This document shows positions 30,093 through 39,653 of a DNA stretch of 50,669 nucleotides, one piece after another. The first letter of the stretch is position 1, and each line of letters opens with the position of its first letter. Made by a program: the position numbers and the translations under genes. This DNA comes from an uncultured Armatimonadales bacterium. Its GTDB lineage: Bacteria > Armatimonadota > Armatimonadia > Armatimonadales > Capsulimonadaceae. The notes beneath the pieces were generated by a model. That model was not told the origin of the DNA. It made no database searches and worked only from the letters and a program-made list of their open reading frames with translations. The stretch is taken from contig CAXSEA010000001.1 in NCBI GenBank assembly GCA_964235675.1, positions 1-50,669 of the forward strand, read 5' to 3'.

Positions 30093-32720
30093 TTAGCGCG
30101 GCTGCCGATGGGAGACTTCGACAAGGCCGACATCGATGCCCTGGCCGCCTGTGGTTTGGTGGCAATGCACGGCGAGCGTGATAGTGCTGACTACCGTGAG
30201 CTGTCGCCGGGCGACTGGACTGATATCCACTGAATCGTAGCTGTTGTCATAGCCGGACTCGTCGTCGGCGGGAACGCCGTTGATATAGACTTGCGCGTCC
30301 TCGTCATGGTAGATCCAGAGCTGCAGTTTTGATGCGTCGACTCCCGCCGGGATAGTAAAGGCGCGGCGCAGCCAAATATCGCCTGTCGTCCACGGCGTGC
30401 CGACTTTGATGCTGGGCGTGCCGCTCGAAGCGAACGGTCCGGGGCCTTGCCGCCAGGCCGAATCATCGAAGCCGGGCTGTGTCCAAGCTCCGCCGCCGCC
30501 GGTTGCGTCTGCTACTCCGCCTGCGGGAGCGCTGGTGATGTAGCGCCATGTCTGCGGCGCATTGTCGGAGGCGGGCACGACGGCTGTGATCGTCGTTACC
30601 GGAAGCTTCGCCCATCCGCTCGGGCGGGCGGTGTCCAGGGCGGCCCATTTTCTCCAGGTGGCGCGGTCACTCAGCATTTTGATGAACACACCGCCGACGA
30701 CGGGGCGTGCGTGGAACCCGTTCGCGCCGTTGACGTCGTTGGTGAAGTACAGATCGGCGAGGGGATCGCGGACGGTTTGGGTATCCAGATAGGTATAGAT
30801 TGGGTTGACGAGCGCGTTGAAGTCGGCTTGATTGCTCGCAAGCGTGGCGCTCCACATCGCCCAGTCGGTTTTGGCGAGTTTGGTGCGCACGTCTAAAGGA
30901 ACGCCGTATTTTTGCTCGACAGTTTTGTAGTAGGCCACTTCCTTGGCGGCAACGGCCGGCGGAAATATGTTCAGGCCGAGTAGCTTGTCCCAGACGAGGT
31001 TGTATTTCTCGCTCCAGGTGCCGGGCTTGTCAAAGGCGAGCAGGGAGTGGGTGCCTGTATCGGCGACATGGATCCAGTGCCGGGCGTCGGCATGGGCGAG
31101 GGCGGTGTATCTCGCCGTGCCGTCGGTGTCGCCGCGCATTCGGCACAAATCGCCGTAAGCGGCCAGCGCCAAAATCGCTTTGATGCTGAGATTGGCGTTG
31201 TGCGCGAGATGGCCCATGAAGTCATCGGTGCAGAGCTGATTGCCGGGGTCGAGGCCGTATTGCTTCAGGAATTGCGCCCATTGGGTGAGCTGGGGCCACC
31301 AGGGCTTGACGAAATCGGCGTTGCCGTCGTCGTGCGCGACGGCGTCGGCGAGCAGCAGCATATTGCCGCTTTCCTCCACGGGCATGGCTTCGCCGCCGTC
31401 GTCGCGGCCTAGTGCCACCGGATAAGTGCCGAGGTCGTGCGGGGCGTTGGGGAAATGCCAGTGCGGTGAGGCGGCATAGGCCAGGATGGGCACGAGGGAT
31501 GCTTTGGCGAGTGTCGGACTCAGGAAAATCAGCATCGGGTCCATCGGATAGAAAATGTCCACGGTGGCGATATCGCCGTTGCTGGTATTTTCCTTGGTGA
31601 ACAGGAGGAGTTTGCCGTTGTCGTCGGCGCAGAGGCCGCAGCCGGCGAGCGCCTGACGGTACGCAAGCGCGCCGATTTGCGCGTATTTCGCGCCTCCGAC
31701 ACGGGTCATGTCGGCCATTAGCTTCGCATCGAAGGCCGCGCAACGCCGGGTGAGGCTAGGATATTGCCGCTCTGCTGAGGCAAGCATCTGCGGCGCTTCG
31801 ATTCCATTGCGCCGCCAGTAGGGACGCAGCTTTTCTCCAAAATAGTTCACAGAGTAAAGCTCGTCGTAGGCGACGGTTACGTGGCGGGAAACGGGCGAGG
31901 TGGAGACGTTGCCGAGCGGGAGATCAAATGCCAGTACAGGCTCGTGATCGCTTGCGGCGCGCGGCATGCGCGTGTCCTGCGCGGCGTCATTAAGCGTGCC
32001 GGTGTCGGTGAAGGCGTTCTCGATTGTTCCTGCGTCGCCTTCGGCTGAATAAGCGCGCGATGTGGGCGCGGTCAGATAGGCGTATCCCCAGTCGATGCGG
32101 ACGTCGTCGCCGGCTGGGCGGAGCAAGGTTTGCTGTACGGTGCCCGTTTTCAGCAGGGTCAAGCCGTCGGCGACCGTGCGCGACCAGACGATGGCCTGAT
32201 CCGGCGTGTTCACGGCCAAATCCGAACTGGCGCTGTCATAGATGCTGACCGCGTGCGTGTGCCCGTCGGTCGCGTTCACCGTCCACGTGATAAAGGAGAG
32301 GGGCAGGCTGAGAGCATCCAGATCGTTCGGCAGGGCAGGTTGCATGAATGTCATGCGGATATGCACGCCCGCGCCATTGAAGTTGTAGATACTGCGCGTC
32401 GGCAGCACTTGGACGCTGGTTTGCGGCAGCGGCGGGTCGGCGGCCGGCTCGTCGCCCATCAGGCGGTATGTTTTGCCGTCGATGCGAATCAGGCTAACCA
32501 GCGCGTTGCGCTTGCCGGTCCAGTGGACGGTGGCGCTGCCGTTCAAGGCATCTGATTCTGACCAGACGCTCAAGTAAGGGTCACTTGTCACCAAAGGCAC
32601 GGCGGGAGGCCTGAATGCCTGCGCTTCGGACTGCACTGCGCCGGTCGCGATGAAGAAGGCGGCTATGGCTAGAAATTTAAGCGTCGCCGTGCGTGCATCG
32701 CGAGAAAAATAATCGTTCAT
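30093..32720 (-). CDS. glutaminase-A-like glycoside-hydrolase-like protein (DUF5127/DUF4964/DUF4965/DUF1793) with C-terminal jelly-roll sugar-binding-like domain
   Basis: Signal peptide ending 'SEAQA', then 'FRPPAVPLVTSDPYLSVWS...HWTGK...IRIDGKTYRLMG', typical of the family. The start is taken at ATG 32720; GTG at 32762 is the track start. Confidence 0.8.
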   Translation of the reverse strand: MNDYFSRDARTATLKFLAIAAFFIATGAVQSEAQAFRPPAVPLVTSDPYLSVWSESDALNGSATVHWTGKRNALVSLIRIDGKTYRLMGDEPAADPPLPQTSVQVLPTRSIYNFNGAGVHIRMTFMQPALPNDLDALSLPLSFITWTVNATDGHTHAVSIYDSASSDLAVNTPDQAIVWSRTVADGLTLLKTGTVQQTLLRPAGDDVRIDWGYAYLTAPTSRAYSAEGDAGTIENAFTDTGTLNDAAQDTRMPRAASDHEPVLAFDLPLGNVSTSPVSRHVTVAYDELYSVNYFGEKLRPYWRRNGIEAPQMLASAERQYPSLTRRCAAFDAKLMADMTRVGGAKYAQIGALAYRQALAGCGLCADDNGKLLLFTKENTSNGDIATVDIFYPMDPMLIFLSPTLAKASLVPILAYAASPHWHFPNAPHDLGTYPVALGRDDGGEAMPVEESGNMLLLADAVAHDDGNADFVKPWWPQLTQWAQFLKQYGLDPGNQLCTDDFMGHLAHNANLSIKAILALAAYGDLCRMRGDTDGTARYTALAHADARHWIHVADTGTHSLLAFDKPGTWSEKYNLVWDKLLGLNIFPPAVAAKEVAYYKTVEQKYGVPLDVRTKLAKTDWAMWSATLASNQADFNALVNPIYTYLDTQTVRDPLADLYFTNDVNGANGFHARPVVGGVFIKMLSDRATWRKWAALDTARPSGWAKLPVTTITAVVPASDNAPQTWRYITSAPAGGVADATGGGGAWTQPGFDDSAWRQGPGPFASSGTPSIKVGTPWTTGDIWLRRAFTIPAGVDASKLQLWIYHDEDAQVYINGVPADDESGYDNSYDSVDISPVARRQLTVVSTITLAVHCHQTTGGQGIDVGLVEVSHRQPR

Positions 32721-32874
32721 AGGTGGGTTGAGAACAAAGAGGCTGCAGACAGCGGCGAGCACGAATTTAAGTTATTAAGCAGCTTTAGGGTGGGTGACCT
32801 TAAGCGGGGGAACCACAGTAGCGACTTGGGCGCTTTGTCTGCGGATGCAGCCCACCTCGTTGGCTGTCCCAGGC

Positions 32875-32903
32875 ATTATTTCAGGTTGCTTGACGTCTGT
32901 CAA
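32875..32903 (-). promoter_or_regulatory. candidate sigma70-type promoter for the DUF4965/GH127/galM operon (TTGACA-17-AATAAT)
   Basis: On the minus strand, TTGACA is at 32903-32898 and AATAAT at 32880-32875, with an exact 17-nt spacer. Confidence 0.4.
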
Positions 32904-33018
32904 TGCATGAGCGGGCGGAGTGTAGGGCGACATATATACGTCCTGCTCGGCGCAAGATGGCTTGGCAATGTGGATAATAACGTGCATCTTGTTGGTCCGA
33001 TGGCGTTGGAGTAAGATT

Positions 33019-34422
33019 TTGACCGATTTTCAGCAGATAGATCAGCAGCTTGATACCTGGATTGCCGCGCACTCAGACGAAATCGTCGCCGCCGTGCAAT
33101 CGCTCATTCACATTCCCAGCACCAAGGGCGCGCCTGCGCCGGACGCGCCGTTCGGCGCGGAGACTCGGCGCGCGCTCGACAACGTGCTCGCGATTTCGGA
33201 GCGCTACGGCTTCGCGAACAAGATGCTCGACGGCTACGCGGCGCACGCGGAGTTCGGGCAAGGCGACGAGATTATCGGAGTTCTGAGCCATGTGGACGTC
33301 GTGCCGGCGGGCAGCGACTGGAAGCACGATCCCTGGGGCGGCGAGATCGAGGACGGCAAAATCTACGGTCGCGGCGCAATCGACGACAAGGGCCCGACGA
33401 TAGCCGGTCTTTACGCGCTGATTGCGGTGAAAGAGGTCGGCGCGCCGGTGAATAAGCGCCTGCGGCACATCCTCGGAGCGGACGAGGAATCCGGCTTTGG
33501 GTGCATGCACTATTATTTCGATACGGCGAAGGAAGAGATGCCGACGCTTGGCTTCACGCCGGACGGCAAGTTTCCGGCGATCTACGCCGAAAAAGGCATC
33601 GCCAGCCCCAAACTTTCGGCACCGCTGCCGACTTTGGGCGGGTCGATCCGGATGACGAGTATTGTGGCGGGCGAGCGGTCGAACATGGTGCCCGACCGCG
33701 CCGAAGCGCATCTGGCTGGGCCTGGCGACGCGCTCAATGCAATGGCTCAGAAGCTACAAGGCGCGAAGAGTATCACGACTGCCACAACTGATTCAGGGCT
33801 GAGTGTCCGCGCCGTGGGCATCGGCGCGCACGCCAGTATGCCGCACGAGGGTGTCAACGCTGTCGCGCTGCTGACCGATGCGCTTCTCGGCTTGGTTGAG
33901 CTAGCCGGGGCTCGGCCGTTTCTGACCGCGTTGAACCACTGGGCCGCCGACAACTCCGGGGAGTATCTCGGCATCGCCGGCTCCGATGCTGTCACTGGCC
34001 CGCTGACGAGCAATTTGGGAGTGGTCACGACGGATGGAGATCAGATAACAGCTTCTTTCAGCATTCGCCAGCCCGTGACTTGGACCGAGCACGACGTTCG
34101 CGACGCTATCGAGGCAAAGGCAAAAGAAGCCGGTTTCGAGCTGTCCGATTGGGGATTTCAAGCGCCGCTGCACGTGCCGCTGGAATCGCCGCTGATTTCT
34201 ACTCTGCTGGAAGTGTACCGAGCGGAAACAGGCGATATGAGCGAGCCGGCGACCATGGGCGGCGGCACCTACGCGCGCGTGCTGAAGCACGGCGTGGCGT
34301 TCGGGCCCAATTTCCCCGGCTTTCCGGACAACGCTCACCAAGCGGACGAATATTGGACTGTCGAGGATCTGCTAAAAGCGACGCGCATCTACGCTAAAAG
34401 CCTGGCCCGCCTTGCTGCTTAA
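33019..34422 (+). CDS. pepV: M20-family dipeptidase (PepV/Sapep type)
   Basis: Contains 'GVLSHVDVVPAG..W...PWGGEIEDGKIYGRGAIDDKGP', 'GADEESG' and 'MGGGTYAR' motifs. The preferred start is TTG at 33019, 7 nt after GGAG; the track ATG at 32962 adds an implausible hydrophobic leader. Confidence 0.88.
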   Translation: MTDFQQIDQQLDTWIAAHSDEIVAAVQSLIHIPSTKGAPAPDAPFGAETRRALDNVLAISERYGFANKMLDGYAAHAEFGQGDEIIGVLSHVDVVPAGSDWKHDPWGGEIEDGKIYGRGAIDDKGPTIAGLYALIAVKEVGAPVNKRLRHILGADEESGFGCMHYYFDTAKEEMPTLGFTPDGKFPAIYAEKGIASPKLSAPLPTLGGSIRMTSIVAGERSNMVPDRAEAHLAGPGDALNAMAQKLQGAKSITTATTDSGLSVRAVGIGAHASMPHEGVNAVALLTDALLGLVELAGARPFLTALNHWAADNSGEYLGIAGSDAVTGPLTSNLGVVTTDGDQITASFSIRQPVTWTEHDVRDAIEAKAKEAGFELSDWGFQAPLHVPLESPLISTLLEVYRAETGDMSEPATMGGGTYARVLKHGVAFGPNFPGFPDNAHQADEYWTVEDLLKATRIYAKSLARLAA

Positions 34423-34474
34423 GGCGCGTTCAATAAGCGCGGCAACGGACGGCTCAGGTGAAGAGCTTTAGGTT

Positions 34475-35065
34475 ATGGACGTACAAGCTGTTCCCCTGTT
34501 GCTGGCGCGATTGCGTCTGGCGCTTGGGCCAGTCGTGCTCGTGCTGGCATTGATGCGTGCCTCTGGAGTTGTCATCGCTGGGCTGATGGTGATGGCTACA
34601 TTGAGCGACGTCTTTGACGGGGTGCTCGCACGGCGGCTGGGCATTGCGACGGAAGGCTTGCGCGTCGCGGACAGCCGCGCCGACGCCGTCTATAACTTGA
34701 GCACCGTGGCCGCATTGTTTTGCATTTATCCACGCGTATTTGCAGCGAACTCGATTGGTCTTTTCGTTGTTGGAGGTATGGAAGCGGCGACGAGTATATT
34801 CGACCGCGTCAAGTATGGCCGTCCTTGCTCGCATCACGCCTACTCGGCGAAAGCATGGGCGGCGTCTTATTGCGTGTTCGCGACAACGCTACTCGGCTTT
34901 GGCCGCGCTCAGCCTTATGCTGCAATTTGCATCTGGCTGGGCATCGGTAACAACGTCGAAGGCTTCATAATGAGGGCGATCATGCCGCGATGGGCTTACG
35001 ACGTTTCGGGCATACCTGCGGCATTGCGGGTGCGGCGCAGGCAATTAGCTGAAGCGCAAGTATAG
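34475..35065 (+). CDS. CDP-alcohol phosphatidyltransferase family protein (substrate unknown)
   Basis: 'SDVFDGVLARRLGIATEGLRVADSRAD' matches D-x2-DG-x2-AR...G-x3-D-x3-D. About 5-6 hydrophobic helices. Confidence 0.8.
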   Translation: MDVQAVPLLLARLRLALGPVVLVLALMRASGVVIAGLMVMATLSDVFDGVLARRLGIATEGLRVADSRADAVYNLSTVAALFCIYPRVFAANSIGLFVVGGMEAATSIFDRVKYGRPCSHHAYSAKAWAASYCVFATTLLGFGRAQPYAAICIWLGIGNNVEGFIMRAIMPRWAYDVSGIPAALRVRRRQLAEAQV

Positions 35066-35101
35066 GGATTTTGCTCGGCGGTCGCGCAGGGTTTAACTGG
35101 T

Positions 35102-36262
35102 TTGACTAACAAGCACAACACACGAGTCGTCGTCGCCATGAGCGGCGGCGTGGACAGTAGTATCGCGGCGGCTCTTTTGAAGCAGCAGGGCTACGATGTG
35201 GTCGGCGTGACAATGCAGATTTGGCAGGAGTCGGCGACTGAAACCAAGGGGGCAGGCTGCTGCTCGCTGGGTGCCGTGGAAGACGCGCGGAGAGTGGCGG
35301 CCAAACTAGGGATTCCGCATTACTGCTTGAATTACCGCGAGTTCTTCGCGGAAAAGGTGATCGACAATTTTGTCGCGGAGTACAAGCGGGGCCGGACGCC
35401 GAATCCGTGTATCAACTGCAATAGGTACGTGAAGTTCGACGAGCTGTTGAATACGGCGGGGCAGCTTGGCGCGGAGTATCTGGCAACGGGGCATTATGCT
35501 CGTGTCGGCTATGACGAGGACCGTCAGCGCTGGGTGCTCAGGCGCGCTGTCGCGGACGCAAAGGATCAAACCTACGCGCTGTTTCATTTTACGCAAGAGC
35601 AGCTGTCCCGCACGCTGATGCCTTTAGGCGATTTGGCGTCGAAAGACGAGACGCGCGCTATCGCCGCCGAGCTTGGACTCGCGGTCGCCAATAAGCCGGA
35701 CTCGCAGGAGATTTGCTTTGTCCAAGGGGGCAGCTACACCGACTTTCTCGCGGAGAAAGCGCCCGAGACGGTCAGGCCAGGTACGATTGTAGATACGTCG
35801 GGGCGCGCGCGGGGCGAGCACGACGGGGTCGCGTTCTACACCGTCGGGCAGCGCAAGCGAATCAATGTCGGGTCGCCCATCCCGCTGTATGTGATCGCTC
35901 TCGACCCGCAGTCGAACACGGTGATAGTGGGCGACGACAATGACTTGCTGGCGGACGCGCTGGTGGCGAGCGATTGCAACTGGATCGCCGTGCCGGGCGT
36001 GCAGGATTCGCTCCGGGTGACGGCGAAGATTCGCTACAACATGCATGCGGTTCCTGGTATTGTCGAGCCTGCCAAGGGCGAGCCGGAGGGCTCGATTCGT
36101 GTTCAGTTCGACGCCGCTCAACGTGCGGTAACGCCTGGGCAATCGGTGGTGCTTTACGACGGCGACACGGTAGTCGGCGGCGGCACGATCGAGCGCGCGG
36201 TTGGACGCGCCGAAATCGACGTAAAGACGTCCGGGCAGATGGGAGTTCCTGAACTTGTCTGA
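35102..36262 (+). CDS. mnmA: tRNA 2-thiouridine(34) synthase
   Basis: PP-loop 'VVAMSGGVDSS'. Contains 'GRTPNPCINCNRYVKF' and 'ATGHYAR' motifs. Confidence 0.95.
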   Translation: MTNKHNTRVVVAMSGGVDSSIAAALLKQQGYDVVGVTMQIWQESATETKGAGCCSLGAVEDARRVAAKLGIPHYCLNYREFFAEKVIDNFVAEYKRGRTPNPCINCNRYVKFDELLNTAGQLGAEYLATGHYARVGYDEDRQRWVLRRAVADAKDQTYALFHFTQEQLSRTLMPLGDLASKDETRAIAAELGLAVANKPDSQEICFVQGGSYTDFLAEKAPETVRPGTIVDTSGRARGEHDGVAFYTVGQRKRINVGSPIPLYVIALDPQSNTVIVGDDNDLLADALVASDCNWIAVPGVQDSLRVTAKIRYNMHAVPGIVEPAKGEPEGSIRVQFDAAQRAVTPGQSVVLYDGDTVVGGGTIERAVGRAEIDVKTSGQMGVPELV

Positions 36263-36503
36263 AGAGACGGAAACAGCGGACGATTCAACCGGGCGTCCCG
36301 CAGTTGAAACAGGTGGGGTCGGAGCCGTTCTCAAGGCAGTGGGAGCGGGCGCCGGCGTCGGGGCTGCGATTGGATTGGGCATTGCGGCTTTGGCGAACGC
36401 TCACTGGTCCTCCGATGCTGAAGCGGAAATGTCGCGTCAGCTCGGTCATTTGATCAGCCGGGCCAACCATGTCGCGGAGCGGCTTCGCCGTTCGCATCCA
36501 TAA
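36255..36503 (+). CDS. small glycine-zipper membrane protein, YtxH-like (hypothetical)
   Basis: 82 aa. TTG start 9 nt after GGAG, overlapping the mnmA stop. 'GGVGAVLKAVGAGAGVGAAIGLGIAAL' is followed by a charged helix. The family call is tentative. Confidence 0.45.
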   Translation: MSEETETADDSTGRPAVETGGVGAVLKAVGAGAGVGAAIGLGIAALANAHWSSDAEAEMSRQLGHLISRANHVAERLRRSHP

Positions 36504-36607
36504 GTTTTTCAAGCGAGTTCCAGCTTTAGGCAGGACTTCGGCATTGAAATCAAGAAGCATTGCCGCGCCGGGTCAGCCGGTGGCCGGTAGAAGAAGGGAG
36601 AGTTTAT

Positions 36608-36961
36608 TTGAACCTCAATATTTCCACACGTTCTACAAACGCCGAATTGCGCGTACTCGACATCGAGGGCGAGATCGACGTCTATACTTCCACCCAGCTG
36701 AAGGAGACGATTGTTTCCACCATCGGCGAGGGGATCAAGTTTATCGTGATGAACTTGTCGAAAGTGGAGTATCTCGACAGCACCGGCCTGGGAGTGCTGA
36801 TTGGCGCGCTAAAGCATCTGCGGGAGAAGCAAGGCAATCTTATCATCGTCAGTCCCAGTATGCGAATTATGCGCATCTTCGAGATTACCGGGCTGTATAA
36901 GATTTTTTCGATCTACCAAACGGAAGAAGAAGCGTCTCAGAAAGAGGGGCTTTCCCTGTGA
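36608..36961 (+). CDS. anti-sigma factor antagonist (STAS domain, RsbV/SpoIIAA-like)
   Basis: Contains 'LRVLDIEGEIDVYTSTQLKE' and 'LDSTGLGVLIGALK' (the phosphorylatable DS[ST]G site). TTG at 36608 follows GAAGGGAGAG. Confidence 0.88.
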   Translation: MNLNISTRSTNAELRVLDIEGEIDVYTSTQLKETIVSTIGEGIKFIVMNLSKVEYLDSTGLGVLIGALKHLREKQGNLIIVSPSMRIMRIFEITGLYKIFSIYQTEEEASQKEGLSL

Positions 36962-37461
36962 GCATACCGTCTGATGAGGAGCGCGGCGCGCCAGAGACTG
37001 AAGCGGCCAGCGTCACCGTGATTATTCCTTGCCGTGCCGAGTACGTCGGCATCGCGCGACTAGCGATTTTGGGAGTCGCCAACCGGCTTGACTTTTCCTA
37101 CGATGAAGTAGAGGACGTTCGCCTGGCGGTCGGCGAAGCCTGCTCGCACGCTATCGAGCGCGCTCGAACGGCCAGCGCCAATGCTAATGCGACTATCCGC
37201 ATCGACAGCCAGGTGACCCCGGAGAGCCTGACGATCGTGGTGCACGATACGGTTCCCGCCGCAAGCGACGGCGCAGTCGCTGCGCCCGGCGCTATGACCT
37301 CAGCCGACGACCTGGATGAGATCGATATCGACCGCCAGGATCTAGGAGCGCTGCTGATGGAGATCCTTGTGGACAGCGTTACGGTCGAGTCCGGCGAGAG
37401 CGGCACTACAGTCACGCTTTACAAGGCTTCGCCCAATTATTCCGCGCCCGTCGGCGCTTAA
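36958..37461 (+). CDS. RsbW/SpoIIAB-like anti-sigma factor with degenerate ATP-binding motifs
   Basis: 'IIPCRAEYVGIARLAILGVANRLDFSYDEVEDVRLAVGEACSHAIERA' aligns closely with B. subtilis RsbW '[47 protein letters not shown]'. The GTG start overlaps the STAS stop (GTGA). Confidence 0.85.
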   Translation: MSIPSDEERGAPETEAASVTVIIPCRAEYVGIARLAILGVANRLDFSYDEVEDVRLAVGEACSHAIERARTASANANATIRIDSQVTPESLTIVVHDTVPAASDGAVAAPGAMTSADDLDEIDIDRQDLGALLMEILVDSVTVESGESGTTVTLYKASPNYSAPVGA

Positions 37462-37578
37462 TCGGCGAAACTTCCTGAGCCTTTGCGTCGATGCAAACAA
37501 CCGGGTCGCGCGACCCGCCCAGGAACAATTTTAGCCTTACATCGATTTCAATGCATATCTTAGCGATTTGGGTTTTCC

Positions 37579-38409
37579 ATGCTTGACACTCCCGCCACAC
37601 CTATTGCGACTGCTGAAGAGCCGCCTATTATGTCCGCTCCGCGACCGCTGATCGAAAGCGCGAAGCCATCCGAGCGCGATGCTGAAAGCGTATTTCGGCG
37701 TTACGCGAAGCAGCGCGACGTGCGTTTGCGCGAGCAGCTTGTCGCCATGCACCAGAATCTGGTGCGTTATCTCGCCAGCAAATTCGTGAATAGGGGTGAG
37801 CCGCTGGAGGATTTGGTCCAGGTGGGCACCATCGGGTTAATCAATGCCATTGACCGCTTCGACATGGAGCGCGGGATCAAGTTCTCGACGTACGCGACCC
37901 CGACGATTGTCGGCGAGATACGCCGCTATTTCCGCGATAAGGCGTGGAGCTTGAAAGTGCCGCGCCGTCTACAGGAGTTGAACCTGAGCGCGGGCAAGGT
38001 GCATCAATCCCTGAGCGCGAAGCTGGGACGGTCTCCGACGATTAAAGAAGTCGCGGAGAAGATCGGCGCGACGGAAGAAGAGACGCTGGAGGCGATGGAG
38101 CTCGGCAACGCTTATGATACCGTGAGCCTTGACAGCCAAATGGCCTCGGAGTCGGATTCGTCCAATATGACTTTGGGCGAGTTCGTGGGGGCGGAAGACC
38201 CGACGATCAAAAATCTTCAGGCGTATGGCGACTTGAACCAAGCCATCGACCGCTTGGACCCGCGCGAGCGCATGATTATTATTTTCCGCTTCTTTCAGGA
38301 TATGTCGCAGGCCGATGTCGCGAACCATCTGAGCATTTCACAGATGCATGTGTCCCGGCTGCAAAATCACGCGCTGCAGCAGCTGAAGCGGATTATGGAA
38401 GTTGACTAA
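37579..38409 (+). CDS. RNA polymerase sigma factor, SigB/SigF/SigG group
   Basis: Region 2 'DLVQVGTIGLINAIDRFD...FSTYATPTIVGEIRRYFRD'. Regions 3 and 4 'QADVANHLSISQMHVSRLQNHAL'. The start is ambiguous (ATG 37579 or 37630). Confidence 0.9.
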   Translation: MLDTPATPIATAEEPPIMSAPRPLIESAKPSERDAESVFRRYAKQRDVRLREQLVAMHQNLVRYLASKFVNRGEPLEDLVQVGTIGLINAIDRFDMERGIKFSTYATPTIVGEIRRYFRDKAWSLKVPRRLQELNLSAGKVHQSLSAKLGRSPTIKEVAEKIGATEEETLEAMELGNAYDTVSLDSQMASESDSSNMTLGEFVGAEDPTIKNLQAYGDLNQAIDRLDPRERMIIIFRFFQDMSQADVANHLSISQMHVSRLQNHALQQLKRIMEVD

Positions 38410-38431
38410 TCAGTAGATGAATTGAATTGAG

Positions 38432-38469
38432 AGCAAAAGCCTTCCGCACTGCTGCGGAAGGCTTTTGCT
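38432..38469. terminator. bidirectional hairpin terminator between the sigma gene and the convergent Kelch gene
   Basis: 17-bp stem agcaaaagccttccgca / tgcggaaggcttttgct (38432-38448 / 38453-38469), with T-rich sequence after it on the plus strand. Confidence 0.75.
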
Positions 38470-38471
38470 GT

Positions 38472-39650
38472 TTATTTCGCGCTTGAAAAGTCGAGAAGCG
38501 CGCCGCTGTTGTTGGATGCGCTGGTCGCTGCTTGCGCCGATTTGCCGCCTGCGGCGAGCACCAAGCCGGATGGGAAGGCAAGCAGCGCGAGATCGTGGGT
38601 GGCGAACGGCAGCTCCGGCGCTGGAGTAAATTGCTTCTCGCGCCAATGGTAAACGATGCATGTGCCGGTGGTGCCGTGCCGGGCGGCATCCCAGCCGCCG
38701 CAGATAAGAACGTCTCCCGATGGAAGGGGAACCGCGCTGTGCGCCATGCGCGGCTCGAGTGAAGCGCCGGTGATTCTGGTGAAGCGGTCCGTGGATGGAT
38801 TATAAAGCTCCGTGAAGGTGACCGGCTCGCTGTTGATGCCCTGACCGCCTGCGACTAGTACGTTTCCGTCGGGCAGGAGGGTAGTTGTCGGTCGGTCGCG
38901 GGCGGCGATGAGGGTGCCGGCGCATGCGTGGAATTTGCCGAGCGCGGGGTCGTATATTTCGGCGGTGGTGAGAACGCGCGATTCGTGCTTGCGCAAGTCC
39001 CAATGGGTGCCGCCGACGACGAGTACGCGGCCGTCGGCCAGGCGGCAGGCTGAATGGCCGAAGCGGTCGCCGAGCATCGGGCCGGCAGTATATTTGAACA
39101 TGTGCAACGCCGGCTCGTAGAGTTCCGCGTCCGCTAACGTCGTGCGCGCGTCGAGGTTGAGGCCGCCGGTGATGAGGACGGCGCCGTCGCTGAGGGGAGT
39201 CGCCTGGGCCAGCTCGCGACGCTCATGCATCGCGTTTTCGAGTGGGATGCACGTATCCCGCTGCGGGTCGTATATGGCGGCGGTATCGAGCGACCCCCAA
39301 ATATCGTTGAAGCCGCCCGCCAGGAGCACGGTGCCGTCAGAGAGGGGTGACGCCATGACGAAGTCGGCAGGGTAGGGCAGGGAGCATTTCGATGGGGTAA
39401 AGCGCTTTCGGTTTGAATCGAACAGGCTAACGGACGCGACGCATTCTTGTTTGGCGAAGGAGTAGCCGCCAGCGATGATCGCTTGCTTTCCATTCGGAAG
39501 GACACACGCGGCAGGTGCCCAGCGCTCGTCGGCCATGACAGTCGAGAGAGGCTGCCATTGAGAGGCTTGAGCGCTCAATTCGGGTGACTTAGGAGCGATG
39601 GATTTTGCTAAAAGTGCGGCCAGGATTATCGAAGCGAATGTAGAGTGCAC
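38472..39650 (-). CDS. secreted Kelch-repeat beta-propeller protein
   Basis: Signal peptide, then repeated 'GG(Y/F/W)' blades (AGGYSF, AGGFND, TGGLNL, VGGTHW, AGGQG, CGGWD, AGGKS). GTG start 3 nt after the TPR gene stop. Confidence 0.8.
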   Translation of the reverse strand: MHSTFASIILAALLAKSIAPKSPELSAQASQWQPLSTVMADERWAPAACVLPNGKQAIIAGGYSFAKQECVASVSLFDSNRKRFTPSKCSLPYPADFVMASPLSDGTVLLAGGFNDIWGSLDTAAIYDPQRDTCIPLENAMHERRELAQATPLSDGAVLITGGLNLDARTTLADAELYEPALHMFKYTAGPMLGDRFGHSACRLADGRVLVVGGTHWDLRKHESRVLTTAEIYDPALGKFHACAGTLIAARDRPTTTLLPDGNVLVAGGQGINSEPVTFTELYNPSTDRFTRITGASLEPRMAHSAVPLPSGDVLICGGWDAARHGTTGTCIVYHWREKQFTPAPELPFATHDLALLAFPSGLVLAAGGKSAQAATSASNNSGALLDFSSAK

Positions 39651-39653
39651 AGA

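Noticed and set aside
36500-36607. A SigB-type autoregulatory promoter (GTTTAA-N12-15-GGGTAT) upstream of the STAS/anti-sigma genes, or upstream of the sigma gene (37462-37578).
   Set aside because: Only a partial GTTTTT element (about 36503) is present, with no GGGTAT-like -10 at the correct spacing. There is no acceptable match in either region, and the consensus for this lineage is unknown.
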